Part shown: in pieces, positions 1-8,754 of the stretch
Layout of the letters: each line of letters opens with the position of its first letter
Numbering within the stretch: position 1 is the first letter of the stretch
IMG/VR virus record: IMGVR_UViG_3300010226_000008
Span: 1-50,245 of that record
Length of the DNA: 50,245 bases
Direction: 5' to 3' (one strand)
Source: a virus
Taxonomy: Duplodnaviria; Caudoviricetes
The notes under the pieces: model-generated
The model's input: the letters and a program-made list of their open reading frames with translations, nothing else
Databases searched by the model: none
Told to the model about the DNA's origin: nothing
Program-made: the position numbers and the translations under genes

Positions 1-2
1 AG

Positions 3-689
3 CGCATCATCAAGGTTACGGGCACACTGACGAGCAACGCGAACATCATCGTGCCGAACACGTATTCGAAAAGTTGGATCATCCAGAACGCGACGACCGG
101 CGCATTCGCGGTCAACGTCGCCCCGAGCGGAGGAACCAGCGTGCCGGTGAGTCAAGGCGGCGTCGATACGGTGTTCAGCAACGGTACGGCGATGTCTTAC
201 GGACAGCTTGACGTCGTCACCCAAAGCCCCGGCAACAACTCGACGAAGGCTTCAAGTACCGCGTTCGTTACCGCAGCCATCGCGGCGGCCCTGGTCAACA
301 CTGCGTTGACGGGCGTCCCGACTGCCCCCACTGCGGTACAGAACACGAACAACACGCAGATCGCCACGACAGAATACGCGGATCGTTCCGCCGCCGCGAT
401 CGGCGCGGGCTCTACGCCGCAGTACAAGAACGCATCGTTCGCGGCGGGTCCAACCGGGGATTACTGGATCGATACTTCGGCAGGGGCGATCACGATGACG
501 TTGCCCGACCCGCCGTTGAATCAAAACCCCATTCGAATTCAAGATATTGCGGGAACGTGGTCGATCAACCCGTTGACCGTGAATCCCGGCACGAAAACGA
601 TTCTTGGAAGTTCCGCGACGCTCGTTTGCGACGTGAGCGGCGAACTTCTGGAACTTTGGTACAACGGTTCTGATTGGAGGCTTGTCTAA
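3..689 (+). CDS. Tail fibre protein, C-terminal part (5' end outside the window)
   Basis: Frame is open from base 3 (RIIKVTGTLTSNANIIVP...). Contains tail-fibre motifs (ALTGVPTAPTA..NNTQIATT, STKASSTAFV) and a C-terminal IDTSAGAITMTLP...WYNGSDWRLV domain. Follows the baseplate genes on the circular map. Confidence 0.85.
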   Translation, partial: RIIKVTGTLTSNANIIVPNTYSKSWIIQNATTGAFAVNVAPSGGTSVPVSQGGVDTVFSNGTAMSYGQLDVVTQSPGNNSTKASSTAFVTAAIAAALVNTALTGVPTAPTAVQNTNNTQIATTEYADRSAAAIGAGSTPQYKNASFAAGPTGDYWIDTSAGAITMTLPDPPLNQNPIRIQDIAGTWSINPLTVNPGTKTILGSSATLVCDVSGELLELWYNGSDWRLV

Positions 690-1614
690 TATGACTGCAT
701 TAAGCGACATCATCGGGCGCACAACCCTTAACAACGTTATCAACAACAACCCGCCTGCGGGATTCCTGGGCTATTACGGCAAGGGCGGGTATCAAACGTT
801 CGGCAACCCCGGAACGTTCACCTTCACCGTGCCGACCAACGTCACGCGCATTCGCGCACGCCTCGTGGGCGCTGGCGGTTCGGGCGGTTACGGTACGGCT
901 GGCGGTGGCGGTGGCGGTGGCGGCTTTGCCATGGGCGAATTCACCGTCACGCCGGGGCAAAGCCTGTCCGTCGTCGTCGGCGCAGGCGGCGCAAGCGTGA
1001 ATACTGGCAGCGGCGCAGCGGGCGGCAGTTCGTCGCTGGCGGCCCTTCTGTCCGCAACTGGCGGCGCAGGCGGCACGACGACGACAGGAGGCGCAGGCGG
1101 TACGGGTACGGGCGGTAACTGGCAGGCTGCAGGTGGCGCAGGTGGTTCGACCCTGGGCGGCGGCGGCGGTTCGGGTTCGCAACTCGGGCCTGGCGGCGCA
1201 GGTGGCGTCGGTGCGACGGGCACGCAGGGCGGCGGCGGTGGTGGCGTTGTCGGTCCCGGAGTTATCGGCGGGGGCTCGCCATTCGGTCCTGCGTCCGGGG
1301 TAGGCGCACCGAACATTTTGGGGCTTAACGGCGGTACGATCAATCCGACCAACTCCCCGGTTCGATTCCCGTTCGACGGCTTCGTCGGCGGTGGCGGAAA
1401 CCCTAGCAGCCCACCTGGCGGCATTGGCGGCGGTGGTGCGGGCGGCAACAACGCAGGCGGGGCTGTAACCGCAGCGGGGGTCGGCGGTGGCGGTGGTGCT
1501 GCATCCTCGTCAGCAGCCACGGCGGGCGGCATCGGCGGCGGCGGCGGCGCTTGCTGCTACGGCGGCGGTACGACCGGCGCGGGCGGCAACGGTGTCGTCG
1601 TCATCGAATACTAA
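682..1614 (+). CDS. Glycine-rich tail-fibre-associated protein (putative adhesin)
   Basis: FTFTVPTNVTRIRARLVGAGG...GGNGVVVIEY glycine-rich domain, very high Gly content, overlaps the tail-fibre stop. Start could also be ATG 691. Confidence 0.75.
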   Translation: MSNMTALSDIIGRTTLNNVINNNPPAGFLGYYGKGGYQTFGNPGTFTFTVPTNVTRIRARLVGAGGSGGYGTAGGGGGGGGFAMGEFTVTPGQSLSVVVGAGGASVNTGSGAAGGSSSLAALLSATGGAGGTTTTGGAGGTGTGGNWQAAGGAGGSTLGGGGGSGSQLGPGGAGGVGATGTQGGGGGGVVGPGVIGGGSPFGPASGVGAPNILGLNGGTINPTNSPVRFPFDGFVGGGGNPSSPPGGIGGGGAGGNNAGGAVTAAGVGGGGGAASSSAATAGGIGGGGGACCYGGGTTGAGGNGVVVIEY

Positions 1615-1623
1615 GGAGAACCC

Positions 1624-2070
1624 ATGACCACTTACGCACGTATCGTTGAAGGTTGCGCGGTCGACATCACGGTCGACGATCCCAAAACGATTTTTCACGA
1701 AGACATCGCAGCCGAGTTCGTGCCCGTCCCGGACGGAACCGAGCACGGGGACCGCGTGGACGACGCCGGCAACTGGACGAAATCGGCCGCTCAGGTCGAA
1801 ATCGTTTGGGTGAGCCGCCCGCCGATCGTCACGCCTGCCGAGTTCAAAATGCTGATGCTCGCAGACCTTCCCGAAATTATTCCGCTAAAGTCGAGCGATG
1901 ACACCGTGTCGGCATTTTTCAGTGTGGTTGACGACCCTCGCCTGACGCAAGTCGATTTGTCGCTGACCTCTGTTCAAAATGGGATAAAGTATTGCTTGAC
2001 GAAAATCGGTCGTACCGATGCCCAACTTGCGCAACGTATGTCTGAAATTCTTAGCGGAGTCTTAACCTAA
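1624..2070 (+). CDS. Hypothetical protein, possible tail-fibre assembly chaperone
   Basis: Strong RBS (AAGGAG), directly downstream of the fibre genes. Function inferred from position only. Confidence 0.55.
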   Translation: MTTYARIVEGCAVDITVDDPKTIFHEDIAAEFVPVPDGTEHGDRVDDAGNWTKSAAQVEIVWVSRPPIVTPAEFKMLMLADLPEIIPLKSSDDTVSAFFSVVDDPRLTQVDLSLTSVQNGIKYCLTKIGRTDAQLAQRMSEILSGVLT

Positions 2071-2087
2071 TCATGCGAGCCCTGACC

Positions 2088-2261
2088 ATGCCCAATATCG
2101 ACCCGGACGCCCAAAAGCGTGCCATCAAGGAAGCCATCAACGAGTGGCTGAACGAAAAATTTGCCGAGTTCGGCCGGTGGACCTTTTACGGGCTGGCCGC
2201 TGCAGCGTTCGCGGGCGCGATCTATCTCGCGCTGCGTGGGCAGGGCTGGAGCAGGGCATGA
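2088..2261 (+). CDS. Small single-TM membrane protein (holin/antiholin candidate)
   Basis: Hydrophobic segment WTFYGLAAAAFAGAIYLAL; ATGA-coupled to the endolysin. Alternative start at 2073. Confidence 0.5.
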   Translation: MPNIDPDAQKRAIKEAINEWLNEKFAEFGRWTFYGLAAAAFAGAIYLALRGQGWSRA

Positions 2262-2728
2262 CGCCGCAAGCGTTCCTCGACGCGCTATTGCCGGGCGCGC
2301 TCGCGATCCAGCAAAAATACGGCATCCCCGTATCGTTCACCCTGGCGCAAGCTGCCAGCGAATCCCGGTGGGGGGATTCTGACCTCGCGAAACGGGCGTT
2401 CAACCTGTTCGGCATCAAGGCGGACAAGTCGTGGCATGGCCCAGTGTTCAACCTGCAGACCAGCGAAGTCCTGAACGGGAAGGAAGTCGTCGTCCCGGCA
2501 TCGTGGCGGAAATATTCCTCGTGGTCGGAATGCCTGGAAGACCGCGTCAAGTTCTTCAAGGACAACCGCCGCTATTCCTCGTGCTGGCAGCAGACGACCG
2601 GCGAAGGGTGGGCTATCGCCGTGGCTGCAGCAGGCTACGCAACGGACCCGGCGTACGCAAAAAAACTGATCGCCGTCATGGACGGTCGCAACCTGCAACG
2701 CTTCGATAAGAAAGGAATCACGAAATGA
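2258..2728 (+). CDS. Endolysin, GH73 (FlgJ-like glucosaminidase/muramidase)
   Basis: AQAASESRWG, NLFGIKA and GYATDPAYAKKL motifs of GH73. ATG 2258 overlaps the upstream stop. Confidence 0.9.
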   Translation: MTPQAFLDALLPGALAIQQKYGIPVSFTLAQAASESRWGDSDLAKRAFNLFGIKADKSWHGPVFNLQTSEVLNGKEVVVPASWRKYSSWSECLEDRVKFFKDNRRYSSCWQQTTGEGWAIAVAAAGYATDPAYAKKLIAVMDGRNLQRFDKKGITK

Positions 2729-3222
2729 AATACATCATGATCAAGCTGTTTATCGGACTCGTGCTGTTCGGCACGCTCGTCGCCCTGACCTTCACCGACG
2801 TTCCGAATTCGGGCCGCCTGCTGGACTTCTGTTACGGCGCCTTGATGGGCCTGGGCGTCATGCACCTGGGCGGCGGGCCGCAAGAGGGGATCGCGGACAA
2901 GAGCGGCGGATTTGCGTCGCCGTTCATGCTCGCGTTGCTGGCGGCCATATCGCTATCGATTGCAGCGTGTACGACCGTTCCGACACAAAGCGCGCAGGTG
3001 ACATACACGCAGTCGTGCGCGGCGTATGGCGGAGCGTTCGACGTCATGGTCGCGTTGCGCAAGGGCGGCAAGCTGAACCAAGCCCAAATCGATCAGGTGA
3101 CATTGATCGACAGCCAAATCACGCCGCTATGCACCGGGCCGTTGCCGCAAGACCTGGACGCCGCGACGGTGCAAGTTACGGCCGCTGTGACAGCCCTCAC
3201 CATTCTGGAGACCGTTAAATGA
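2725..3222 (+). CDS. Lysis-cassette membrane protein: two N-terminal hydrophobic segments plus an internal lipoprotein signal (holin/spanin candidate)
   Basis: RBS AAGGA; hydrophobic LFIGLVLFGTLVALTF and FCYGALMGLGVM, then MLALLAAISLSIAA-C lipobox (Cys codon 2968-2970). Confidence 0.55.
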   Translation: MKYIMIKLFIGLVLFGTLVALTFTDVPNSGRLLDFCYGALMGLGVMHLGGGPQEGIADKSGGFASPFMLALLAAISLSIAACTTVPTQSAQVTYTQSCAAYGGAFDVMVALRKGGKLNQAQIDQVTLIDSQITPLCTGPLPQDLDAATVQVTAAVTALTILETVK

Positions 3223-3452
3223 CGACCGCACAGACCATCCTCGCAGTTGCCGCGCAGACCGCCGCAACGCTGGCAGCAACGGACCCGAAAGCGGCGGCGG
3301 CCGTCGCGCTCGCCCCCGTGATCGTCGAATTGCTGCATACCGTCGAGCAGATGCAGACCGCCGGCACGCTGACCCCGGAACGGCTGCAGGCGCTTTACGA
3401 CACCGTGTCGACCAACGTCCAGCGCGCGCACGATGAATGGGCGGCGATGTGA
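3219..3452 (+). CDS. Hypothetical alanine-rich protein in the lysis cassette
   Basis: Overlap-coupled to both neighbours; GGAG RBS. Confidence 0.6.
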   Translation: MTTAQTILAVAAQTAATLAATDPKAAAAVALAPVIVELLHTVEQMQTAGTLTPERLQALYDTVSTNVQRAHDEWAAM

Positions 3453-3823
3453 CCGCGCGATTCCTCGGCGACCTGGAGCTATGCGAGGCGGACGAGAACG
3501 TCGACGACGGAACGTGGCGTCTGCGCGAACCGCTGTCGTACTCGTCAGTCGTCGCAAATCGGGTGATAACGGTCCCGGCAGGGTTCAGGACTGACCTCGC
3601 CAGCGTGCCGCGTTTGCCGGTCGTGTATTGGCTTTGCGGCGGTCGGGCCAACAAGCCTGCCGTCGTGCATGACTTCCTGTACACCGAAGGCATCCTCGCG
3701 CGGGAAATTGCCGACGCGGTGTTCCTGGAGGCTATGGAGGTCGTCGGCGTGCCCATCGTCTATCGACGTATCATGTGGGCAGGCGTGCGCCTGGGCGGCG
3801 CATCGCATTACGTCAAGCGGTAG
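3449..3823 (+). CDS. DUF1353 family protein
   Basis: ITVPAGFRTDLASVPR...AVVHDFLY...ADAVFLEAM...VRLGG motif; GTG start overlaps the upstream TGA. Confidence 0.85.
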   Translation: MTARFLGDLELCEADENVDDGTWRLREPLSYSSVVANRVITVPAGFRTDLASVPRLPVVYWLCGGRANKPAVVHDFLYTEGILAREIADAVFLEAMEVVGVPIVYRRIMWAGVRLGGASHYVKR

Positions 3824-4001
3824 CAGTATTCGCGCGGACGATGTGCTTAATGTCCGCGTGTTCCCCTTCCTTCAGATTCAACGCCTCAATCGCCCCCTGC
3901 ATCGCCTCGATACGATCCGCCAGCGTGGCCGGTCGATCAAAAGGCAATTTCGATTCGTACACGATCAGCAACCGCGTCGCAAAGCCGTAGTCATCGTCCA
4001 T
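3813..4001 (-). CDS. Hypothetical protein (62 aa)
   Basis: MDDDYGFATRLL...; GAGGGGG RBS and its own promoter immediately upstream. Confidence 0.65.
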   Translation of the reverse strand: MDDDYGFATRLLIVYESKLPFDRPATLADRIEAMQGAIEALNLKEGEHADIKHIVRANTATA

Positions 4002-4023
4002 AGTACCCCCTCGTAAAAGGTCG

Positions 4024-4052
4024 ATACTATGGACAACTAACTGAATTGTCAA
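4024..4052 (-). promoter_or_regulatory. sigma70-type promoter with AGTTAGT spacer motif (copy 1)
   Basis: Minus strand TTGACA-attcagttagttgtcca(17)-TAGTAT. Confidence 0.8.
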
Positions 4053-6097
4053 CAACTTATTCCGAGATCGGCAAGAATGCTGCGCGCTTCGTCGACGTAC
4101 CATTTGTAATTGATGTCGGGCGGCAGCACGTCGGGCAGGTCCATACACGGTTTGCACCCTTCCGATTTCGACACGAGGTTGCCGTTGCCTTCGTAAGCGA
4201 TGTGCCCGGTCTGCCCCACGCCGTAATACCATCGCACGGCCTTCCCGAGATATTCGCGCTCTACCACTTTGAAACAGGTAGCGTAGGCCGTATCGAGTGG
4301 CACGCTCGTGTACGCCATCGAATCAAAATCGCCCTTGGTCCAATGTTTCTTGATCGTTAGGTCCGGCTTCCATCCGAACGCCTCAACCCTCGCCCTTTTC
4401 TGCGCAACGGTTGACTTCATGTCGGGCTGTTCGCCCTTGACCCATTCCCCGCCGCCCTGGACCGCGCGCACGGTGACGAACTTGCGGATATCGTCGCACC
4501 GTCGAATGGTCTGTTCAAGTGGCGTGCCATTGATGATGTATTCCTTCACGGCGTCGACGCAAATCTGATTGGTCGGGTTCTTCGATAGTCGGCTGATAGG
4601 GTCGTCCGCATACCATCCTTTCGCCTTGACGGAGATCGGATGATGAACGCCTTTCTTGTCGGTGTATGCGGGTTTGAATGCAAGGTAGTTGTTGACGTTC
4701 GCTGAGAACAGGCCGATATACTCGTTGGCCTCCGTTTCGAACCCCGTGATCGATTCCCATTGTTTGACGATACGGTCCCGCAAGTCGACTTGCTCGTCGC
4801 GGCATTTGATGACGACGCCGTCCGTGTTCGCAGACACGACCGCGATGCCCTGCAGATGCAACATTTCGATCAGCATCAGCAACGCGAACTGACCCGTGAT
4901 GGTCGTGCGCAACATGAGGTCGGGCGAGAACAGGATGCTATGTCGACTGCCGGTCTTGCCGTACGTTCCGTTGATCTTAATTTTGAACGTTGCCGCTTTC
5001 TTCTTGTTGCCAGCCGTCTTGTACGAGATACGCACTTCAATCCAGCCGTCGAAAATCTTGAGGAACACCGGCCCGAGTTGTCGCGGAAACATTCTCAATA
5101 TTGAGATGATTTTCGGGTAGTAGGACACGACATCCACGTCGACGAGTTTGACGCCGTTGCCCGCCCGGTGCGCGACGCTCTTTTCCGTCGAGTGCAAACC
5201 GCCGATGCCGAGCGTGTACGCCCCGTCTCCGATGCGGATCTTGAAGTCCTTGAACGATGCTGGCATCTGCGGTTTGCCGCCGTTGTCGAGCACGTACGCG
5301 GCATCCTGGGCCATTTTGTACGCCGCCTGTAATTCCGGCGTCTGGAAGCTCAAGAACGGGGCGGGCGTGTAGCGGATAGTTGACCCCGGCGGCAACTGCG
5401 CCTGATCGACGATCGCCCGCGCGCCGCGTGAGTCCAGCCCGAGCAGCTTGCGGAATGCCGCCTCGGCGATCTGCGCATCGGACTTGGACCGGACGTCGAT
5501 GCCGTATTGCTCGCCCAACTCGACGCGCGTCGCAAGATCCTCCGTGACCGCGTCGTAAAGGTCCGCTGTCGTCACAAGGTCGTTGCCGCAATACCGCTCA
5601 ACGTTGATCATCTCTTCGCGCGTCAGGATGCGGTCGGGCGCGTACGGCAAGTCCTGCATCTTCTTGCAGTGCAACCGGCCGCCGTAAATCTTCAGGCTGG
5701 CTTGCCCCGGCGCGACGTTGAAAAGGTCGATGTGATCGAGATCCAGCAGTTCGAAGCCCCAATCGCGCGCCACCATCCACGGTTGCGGGGACGGCTTCGT
5801 TGTGATGATGTAGTCGCTCAGGTTCTTGAGCATGTCGTTCGTGAAGCGCCCCGTTACGGCGGCCGATATCATGACCATGTCGTAGTTGATACCGTTGAAC
5901 GTCACGTTCGTACACGATCGCAGGAACAGCAAAAGAGCGATGATGTTGAGGGGCTTCCCTTCGTACATTTCGAAGGACGTAAACGCGCCGGTCGAGTGGT
6001 CGCGGAACTTGACGAGGAAGTAATTGCGGTACGTCTCGACGTCGACCTCGCGCACGATCTTTGCGGCGCTGGGCGGTGGGGGCGGAACCATGTACAT
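4049..6097 (-). CDS. DNA polymerase, family-B-like, with 3'-5' exonuclease domain
   Basis: Exonuclease motifs DVETY, FNGINYD, YCGND; polymerase motifs DVVSYYP, KIKINGTYGK, ANTDG. Confidence 0.9.
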   Translation of the reverse strand: MYMVPPPPPSAAKIVREVDVETYRNYFLVKFRDHSTGAFTSFEMYEGKPLNIIALLLFLRSCTNVTFNGINYDMVMISAAVTGRFTNDMLKNLSDYIITTKPSPQPWMVARDWGFELLDLDHIDLFNVAPGQASLKIYGGRLHCKKMQDLPYAPDRILTREEMINVERYCGNDLVTTADLYDAVTEDLATRVELGEQYGIDVRSKSDAQIAEAAFRKLLGLDSRGARAIVDQAQLPPGSTIRYTPAPFLSFQTPELQAAYKMAQDAAYVLDNGGKPQMPASFKDFKIRIGDGAYTLGIGGLHSTEKSVAHRAGNGVKLVDVDVVSYYPKIISILRMFPRQLGPVFLKIFDGWIEVRISYKTAGNKKKAATFKIKINGTYGKTGSRHSILFSPDLMLRTTITGQFALLMLIEMLHLQGIAVVSANTDGVVIKCRDEQVDLRDRIVKQWESITGFETEANEYIGLFSANVNNYLAFKPAYTDKKGVHHPISVKAKGWYADDPISRLSKNPTNQICVDAVKEYIINGTPLEQTIRRCDDIRKFVTVRAVQGGGEWVKGEQPDMKSTVAQKRARVEAFGWKPDLTIKKHWTKGDFDSMAYTSVPLDTAYATCFKVVEREYLGKAVRWYYGVGQTGHIAYEGNGNLVSKSEGCKPCMDLPDVLPPDINYKWYVDEARSILADLGISC

Positions 6098-6130
6098 AGT
6101 TGATCCTTTATCGCAAGGTTAGCGGATATG

Positions 6131-6151
6131 AAAAACCCCGCCGAAGCGGGG
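6131..6151 (-). terminator. Rho-independent terminator
   Basis: Minus strand CCCCGC-TTCG-GCGGGG-TTTTT. Confidence 0.75.
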
Positions 6152-6159
6152 CTGTTATT

Positions 6160-6324
6160 TTACTGTCCGAGTGCCGCAATCGCCTCGTGCAACCTGTCGT
6201 CGATGGTTTCGTGACGATGCCAGTCCGGGGAGCCCGGCGCGGCCTTACGTTGCAACTCGGCGTTCTCGCGAACAGCCCATTCGATTTTACGTACTACCTG
6301 TTCAATACTCGACATGACGTCCAT
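6160..6324 (-). CDS. Hypothetical protein (54 aa, below the ORF-track cutoff)
   Basis: MDVMSSIEQVVRKIEWAVRENAELQRK...IAALGQ*; TAATG-coupled to the SSB stop and followed by the terminator. Confidence 0.6.
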   Translation of the reverse strand: MDVMSSIEQVVRKIEWAVRENAELQRKAAPGSPDWHRHETIDDRLHEAIAALGQ

Positions 6325-7367
6325 TACGCCGGGACCATGTGGCCGTTTTGGATGAGCATCGCGTCCGTCCAGTTTGCAGCGATGTACGATTCGTACGACG
6401 GGCCTGCCGGGTTAGTCATCTTGAAACCGGGCGCGGCAGCAGCAATCGGGGCAGGGGCTGCAGGCGCTGGCGCAGAACCAGCGTGGGCCAAAGGGGCCGG
6501 CGCGGGCGCGAGAATACCCGGATGCGGCGCGACCGCCTGGGGGGCCGGTGCGGGGGCCGGTGCGGGGGCCGGTGCGGCAGGCTGCGTGACGACCATCATG
6601 CCGGCCTGGACGAGCGCGTCGTCGGTCCAGTTGGTTGCATGGTACTGCTCACGGGTGAAGCCGTTTGCAGCCGCCGTCATGGTGTAGATCGGACCCGCTG
6701 CCGGTGCGGGGGCTGGCGCAGCGCCCGGATGCGGTGCGGGGGCGGGGGCCGCTGCTGCAGGCGCACCGCCGCCGAACACGGATGCTGCGTCGGGACCGGA
6801 CACGATGACGTCGCCGATCGCGTTCCATTCGACCATGCCGAGATTCGAATACAGGCCCGGCTTGTTCGACGGGATGTTGTCAGTGACCGTGCCCGATACG
6901 CGGACATAGTGCCCGCGCGGGAAGACTTTCGGGTCGGCGATCTGGTCGGCGGGGCCGTACTTGCCGCGAACGAAGCAACGCGGCGCGTAGCTGGACGCGA
7001 AACGGAACACCCAATGACCGGCAAAACCTTCCTTGGCGTTGTTCGGCTGGCCGTTCTGATCGAATCCGTCACCGTCGACGATCTTCCACGAGAAATTGGG
7101 GTTCGTGCAGGGTCCGCCATTCGGGAAGAACTGCGGGAACGCCGCACGTGCGACGCGTTCGAATTGCGCCTTGAACGCTTCGACGGCCGGGTCGCCCTTC
7201 TTGCCGGCGCAGGCAATGAAGAACTTTTGAGTTTCCTTGCCTGCGTTCGGGCCGGTCTTGATCGTGAGCGGTTGACCCGTGGTCAGATCTTTCGTTTGCG
7301 GTTCCAGCGGCGAGCCCTGGACGAGACGCAGAACGGGGGAGAGGAAATCTTCGGATACGGTTGCCAT
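6324..7367 (-). CDS. Putative single-stranded DNA-binding protein (DUF2815/gp2.5-like) with Pro/Ala-rich tail
   Basis: FSWKIVDGD...EGFAGHWVFRFAS...GHYVRV...PGLYSN motifs; located between the Cas4-like nuclease and the polymerase; own RBS GGAG before ATG 7367. Confidence 0.7.
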   Translation of the reverse strand: MATVSEDFLSPVLRLVQGSPLEPQTKDLTTGQPLTIKTGPNAGKETQKFFIACAGKKGDPAVEAFKAQFERVARAAFPQFFPNGGPCTNPNFSWKIVDGDGFDQNGQPNNAKEGFAGHWVFRFASSYAPRCFVRGKYGPADQIADPKVFPRGHYVRVSGTVTDNIPSNKPGLYSNLGMVEWNAIGDVIVSGPDAASVFGGGAPAAAAPAPAPHPGAAPAPAPAAGPIYTMTAAANGFTREQYHATNWTDDALVQAGMMVVTQPAAPAPAPAPAPAPQAVAPHPGILAPAPAPLAHAGSAPAPAAPAPIAAAAPGFKMTNPAGPSYESYIAANWTDAMLIQNGHMVPA

Positions 7368-7637
7368 TTGTAATACTCCAGAGTTGGATACTTCGTTAAG
7401 AATGTCCCCGTGACATGCAAGCGGCGCGCAGTAGCAGACCAAATCTTTTCCCCGCAATTCCTTGCGGGCGGATTCGATTAGCGACGGCTGGCCGAACAGC
7501 CAATCACGGTAAAGCCGGATAACTTCGTCTCGACTTCGCTGTTTAGTTATTGCGAAAGGGTTGCCCCATTTGCTCGGACGACCGATATAAACCGCATCGG
7601 ACGGGATCGTGTCGCGATTGCAGTTCAGTACGGTCAT
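7368..7637 (-). CDS. DUF4326 domain, in frame with the SSB with no stop codon (full ORF 6324-7637)
   Basis: VYIGRPSKWGNPF...ELRGKDLVCYCAPLACHGDIL; ATGA-coupled to the upstream gene. Confidence 0.8.
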
Positions 7638-8752
7638 TCGAACACGCGGGCGGCGGCACTGCCGTCGTCTTCTACGAGTTCAACAGCGCCGCTTTGCGCG
7701 TAGCTGTACGCTTTCACTACTTCTTCCGGTATCCCGGCTTTGATCGCCTGGAGCGGAGTAATCAACTTCGGTTCGCCGCCGACGGTCACGCCGTACGCCT
7801 CGCCGATGCCGATCATGTCTTTCGACACGCCGTCAAGCCACACGGTGCGCCCCTTCTTTCGCTCGATCGAGAAACATGGAACGATCCCGCCACGCTCGAT
7901 AGTCGACATCACGTGTTGTTCGATGCCTTCCCTGCGCAACTTGATCATCTTTTCCGCAGCGATCAGACGGCGATACTCTTTGCTCAACGCCTGCGGCGAC
8001 ATCACGAGCGGGGCGGAACTGTACGCAAGGTCGATCGCCGGACCTTCCGCCATGATTGCCGCTTCGCATTCGTGACGACCCTTGCAGTCCCTGCACGCAT
8101 CCGGGTCACGCGCCATCACGGGGGCGTCCGGTCCATCTGCGAGACGGTACGCCATCGCCAATTCAGCGATGGGTCGCCGCAGTTCGCCGAGCGTCGTCGT
8201 CCATGACCGTGTCGGGCCGCGCCGATGGTAATTGCGCGCCTGATGGATGGTCATCGTCACTTTCAGCGAGTCGTCGTGATACGAATTAATCGCATATGCC
8301 GCCAAGGCGACGTAATTGATCAACTGGTAGTTGCGGTTCTCGGAAACAAACCCGTGCCCATATTTCAAGTCGTCCACGTGCAAATGATTCGAATGCCAGT
8401 TGTACGACCAAAAGTCCGGCGTGCCGTAATTCTCGGGGTGGACCGGGCCTGCAGGTAACGGCGTCTCAACGTGCGGGTCAATCCCGAAGATGATATCCCG
8501 TTTGATGATGTGTTCGGCGTACATCTCGGCCGCGTCATTCATCTCAACATTGAGAATTACACCGTTCGGCGCGACGTCGCCCACCTGGAGGACAACCCCC
8601 TGCAGACGTTCCGCCGCTGCCCAATGCGTCGCCTCGCCTTCCAGCTTGTCGATTGTCGGTTCGTCGGGATACCGCATCTCGACGTCGACCGATCCCGGAC
8701 AGGCGACCGTGCGATGTGCCGATGATGGGGCGTAACGTGCGTGCGTGCTCAT
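7634..8752 (-). CDS. DUF2800 / Cas4-like PD-(D/E)xK nuclease
   Basis: HARYAPSSAHR..CPGS N-terminus, GTPD...DDLKYG, QLINY and C..C....C motifs. Confidence 0.85.
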   Translation of the reverse strand: MSTHARYAPSSAHRTVACPGSVDVEMRYPDEPTIDKLEGEATHWAAAERLQGVVLQVGDVAPNGVILNVEMNDAAEMYAEHIIKRDIIFGIDPHVETPLPAGPVHPENYGTPDFWSYNWHSNHLHVDDLKYGHGFVSENRNYQLINYVALAAYAINSYHDDSLKVTMTIHQARNYHRRGPTRSWTTTLGELRRPIAELAMAYRLADGPDAPVMARDPDACRDCKGRHECEAAIMAEGPAIDLAYSSAPLVMSPQALSKEYRRLIAAEKMIKLRREGIEQHVMSTIERGGIVPCFSIERKKGRTVWLDGVSKDMIGIGEAYGVTVGGEPKLITPLQAIKAGIPEEVVKAYSYAQSGAVELVEDDGSAAARVFE

Positions 8753-8754
8753 GA

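Noticed and set aside
6540-6577. Short tandem repeats GGGGCCGGTGCG x3 (and GCCGGTGCT x4 near 8954-8989)
   Set aside because: In-frame Pro/Ala linker coding; unit lengths are multiples of three, so no phase variation.
7634-8752. Cas4-like gene as evidence for a CRISPR system
   Set aside because: No cas1/cas2 and no repeat-spacer array; stand-alone Cas4-like nucleases are common in phage replication modules.
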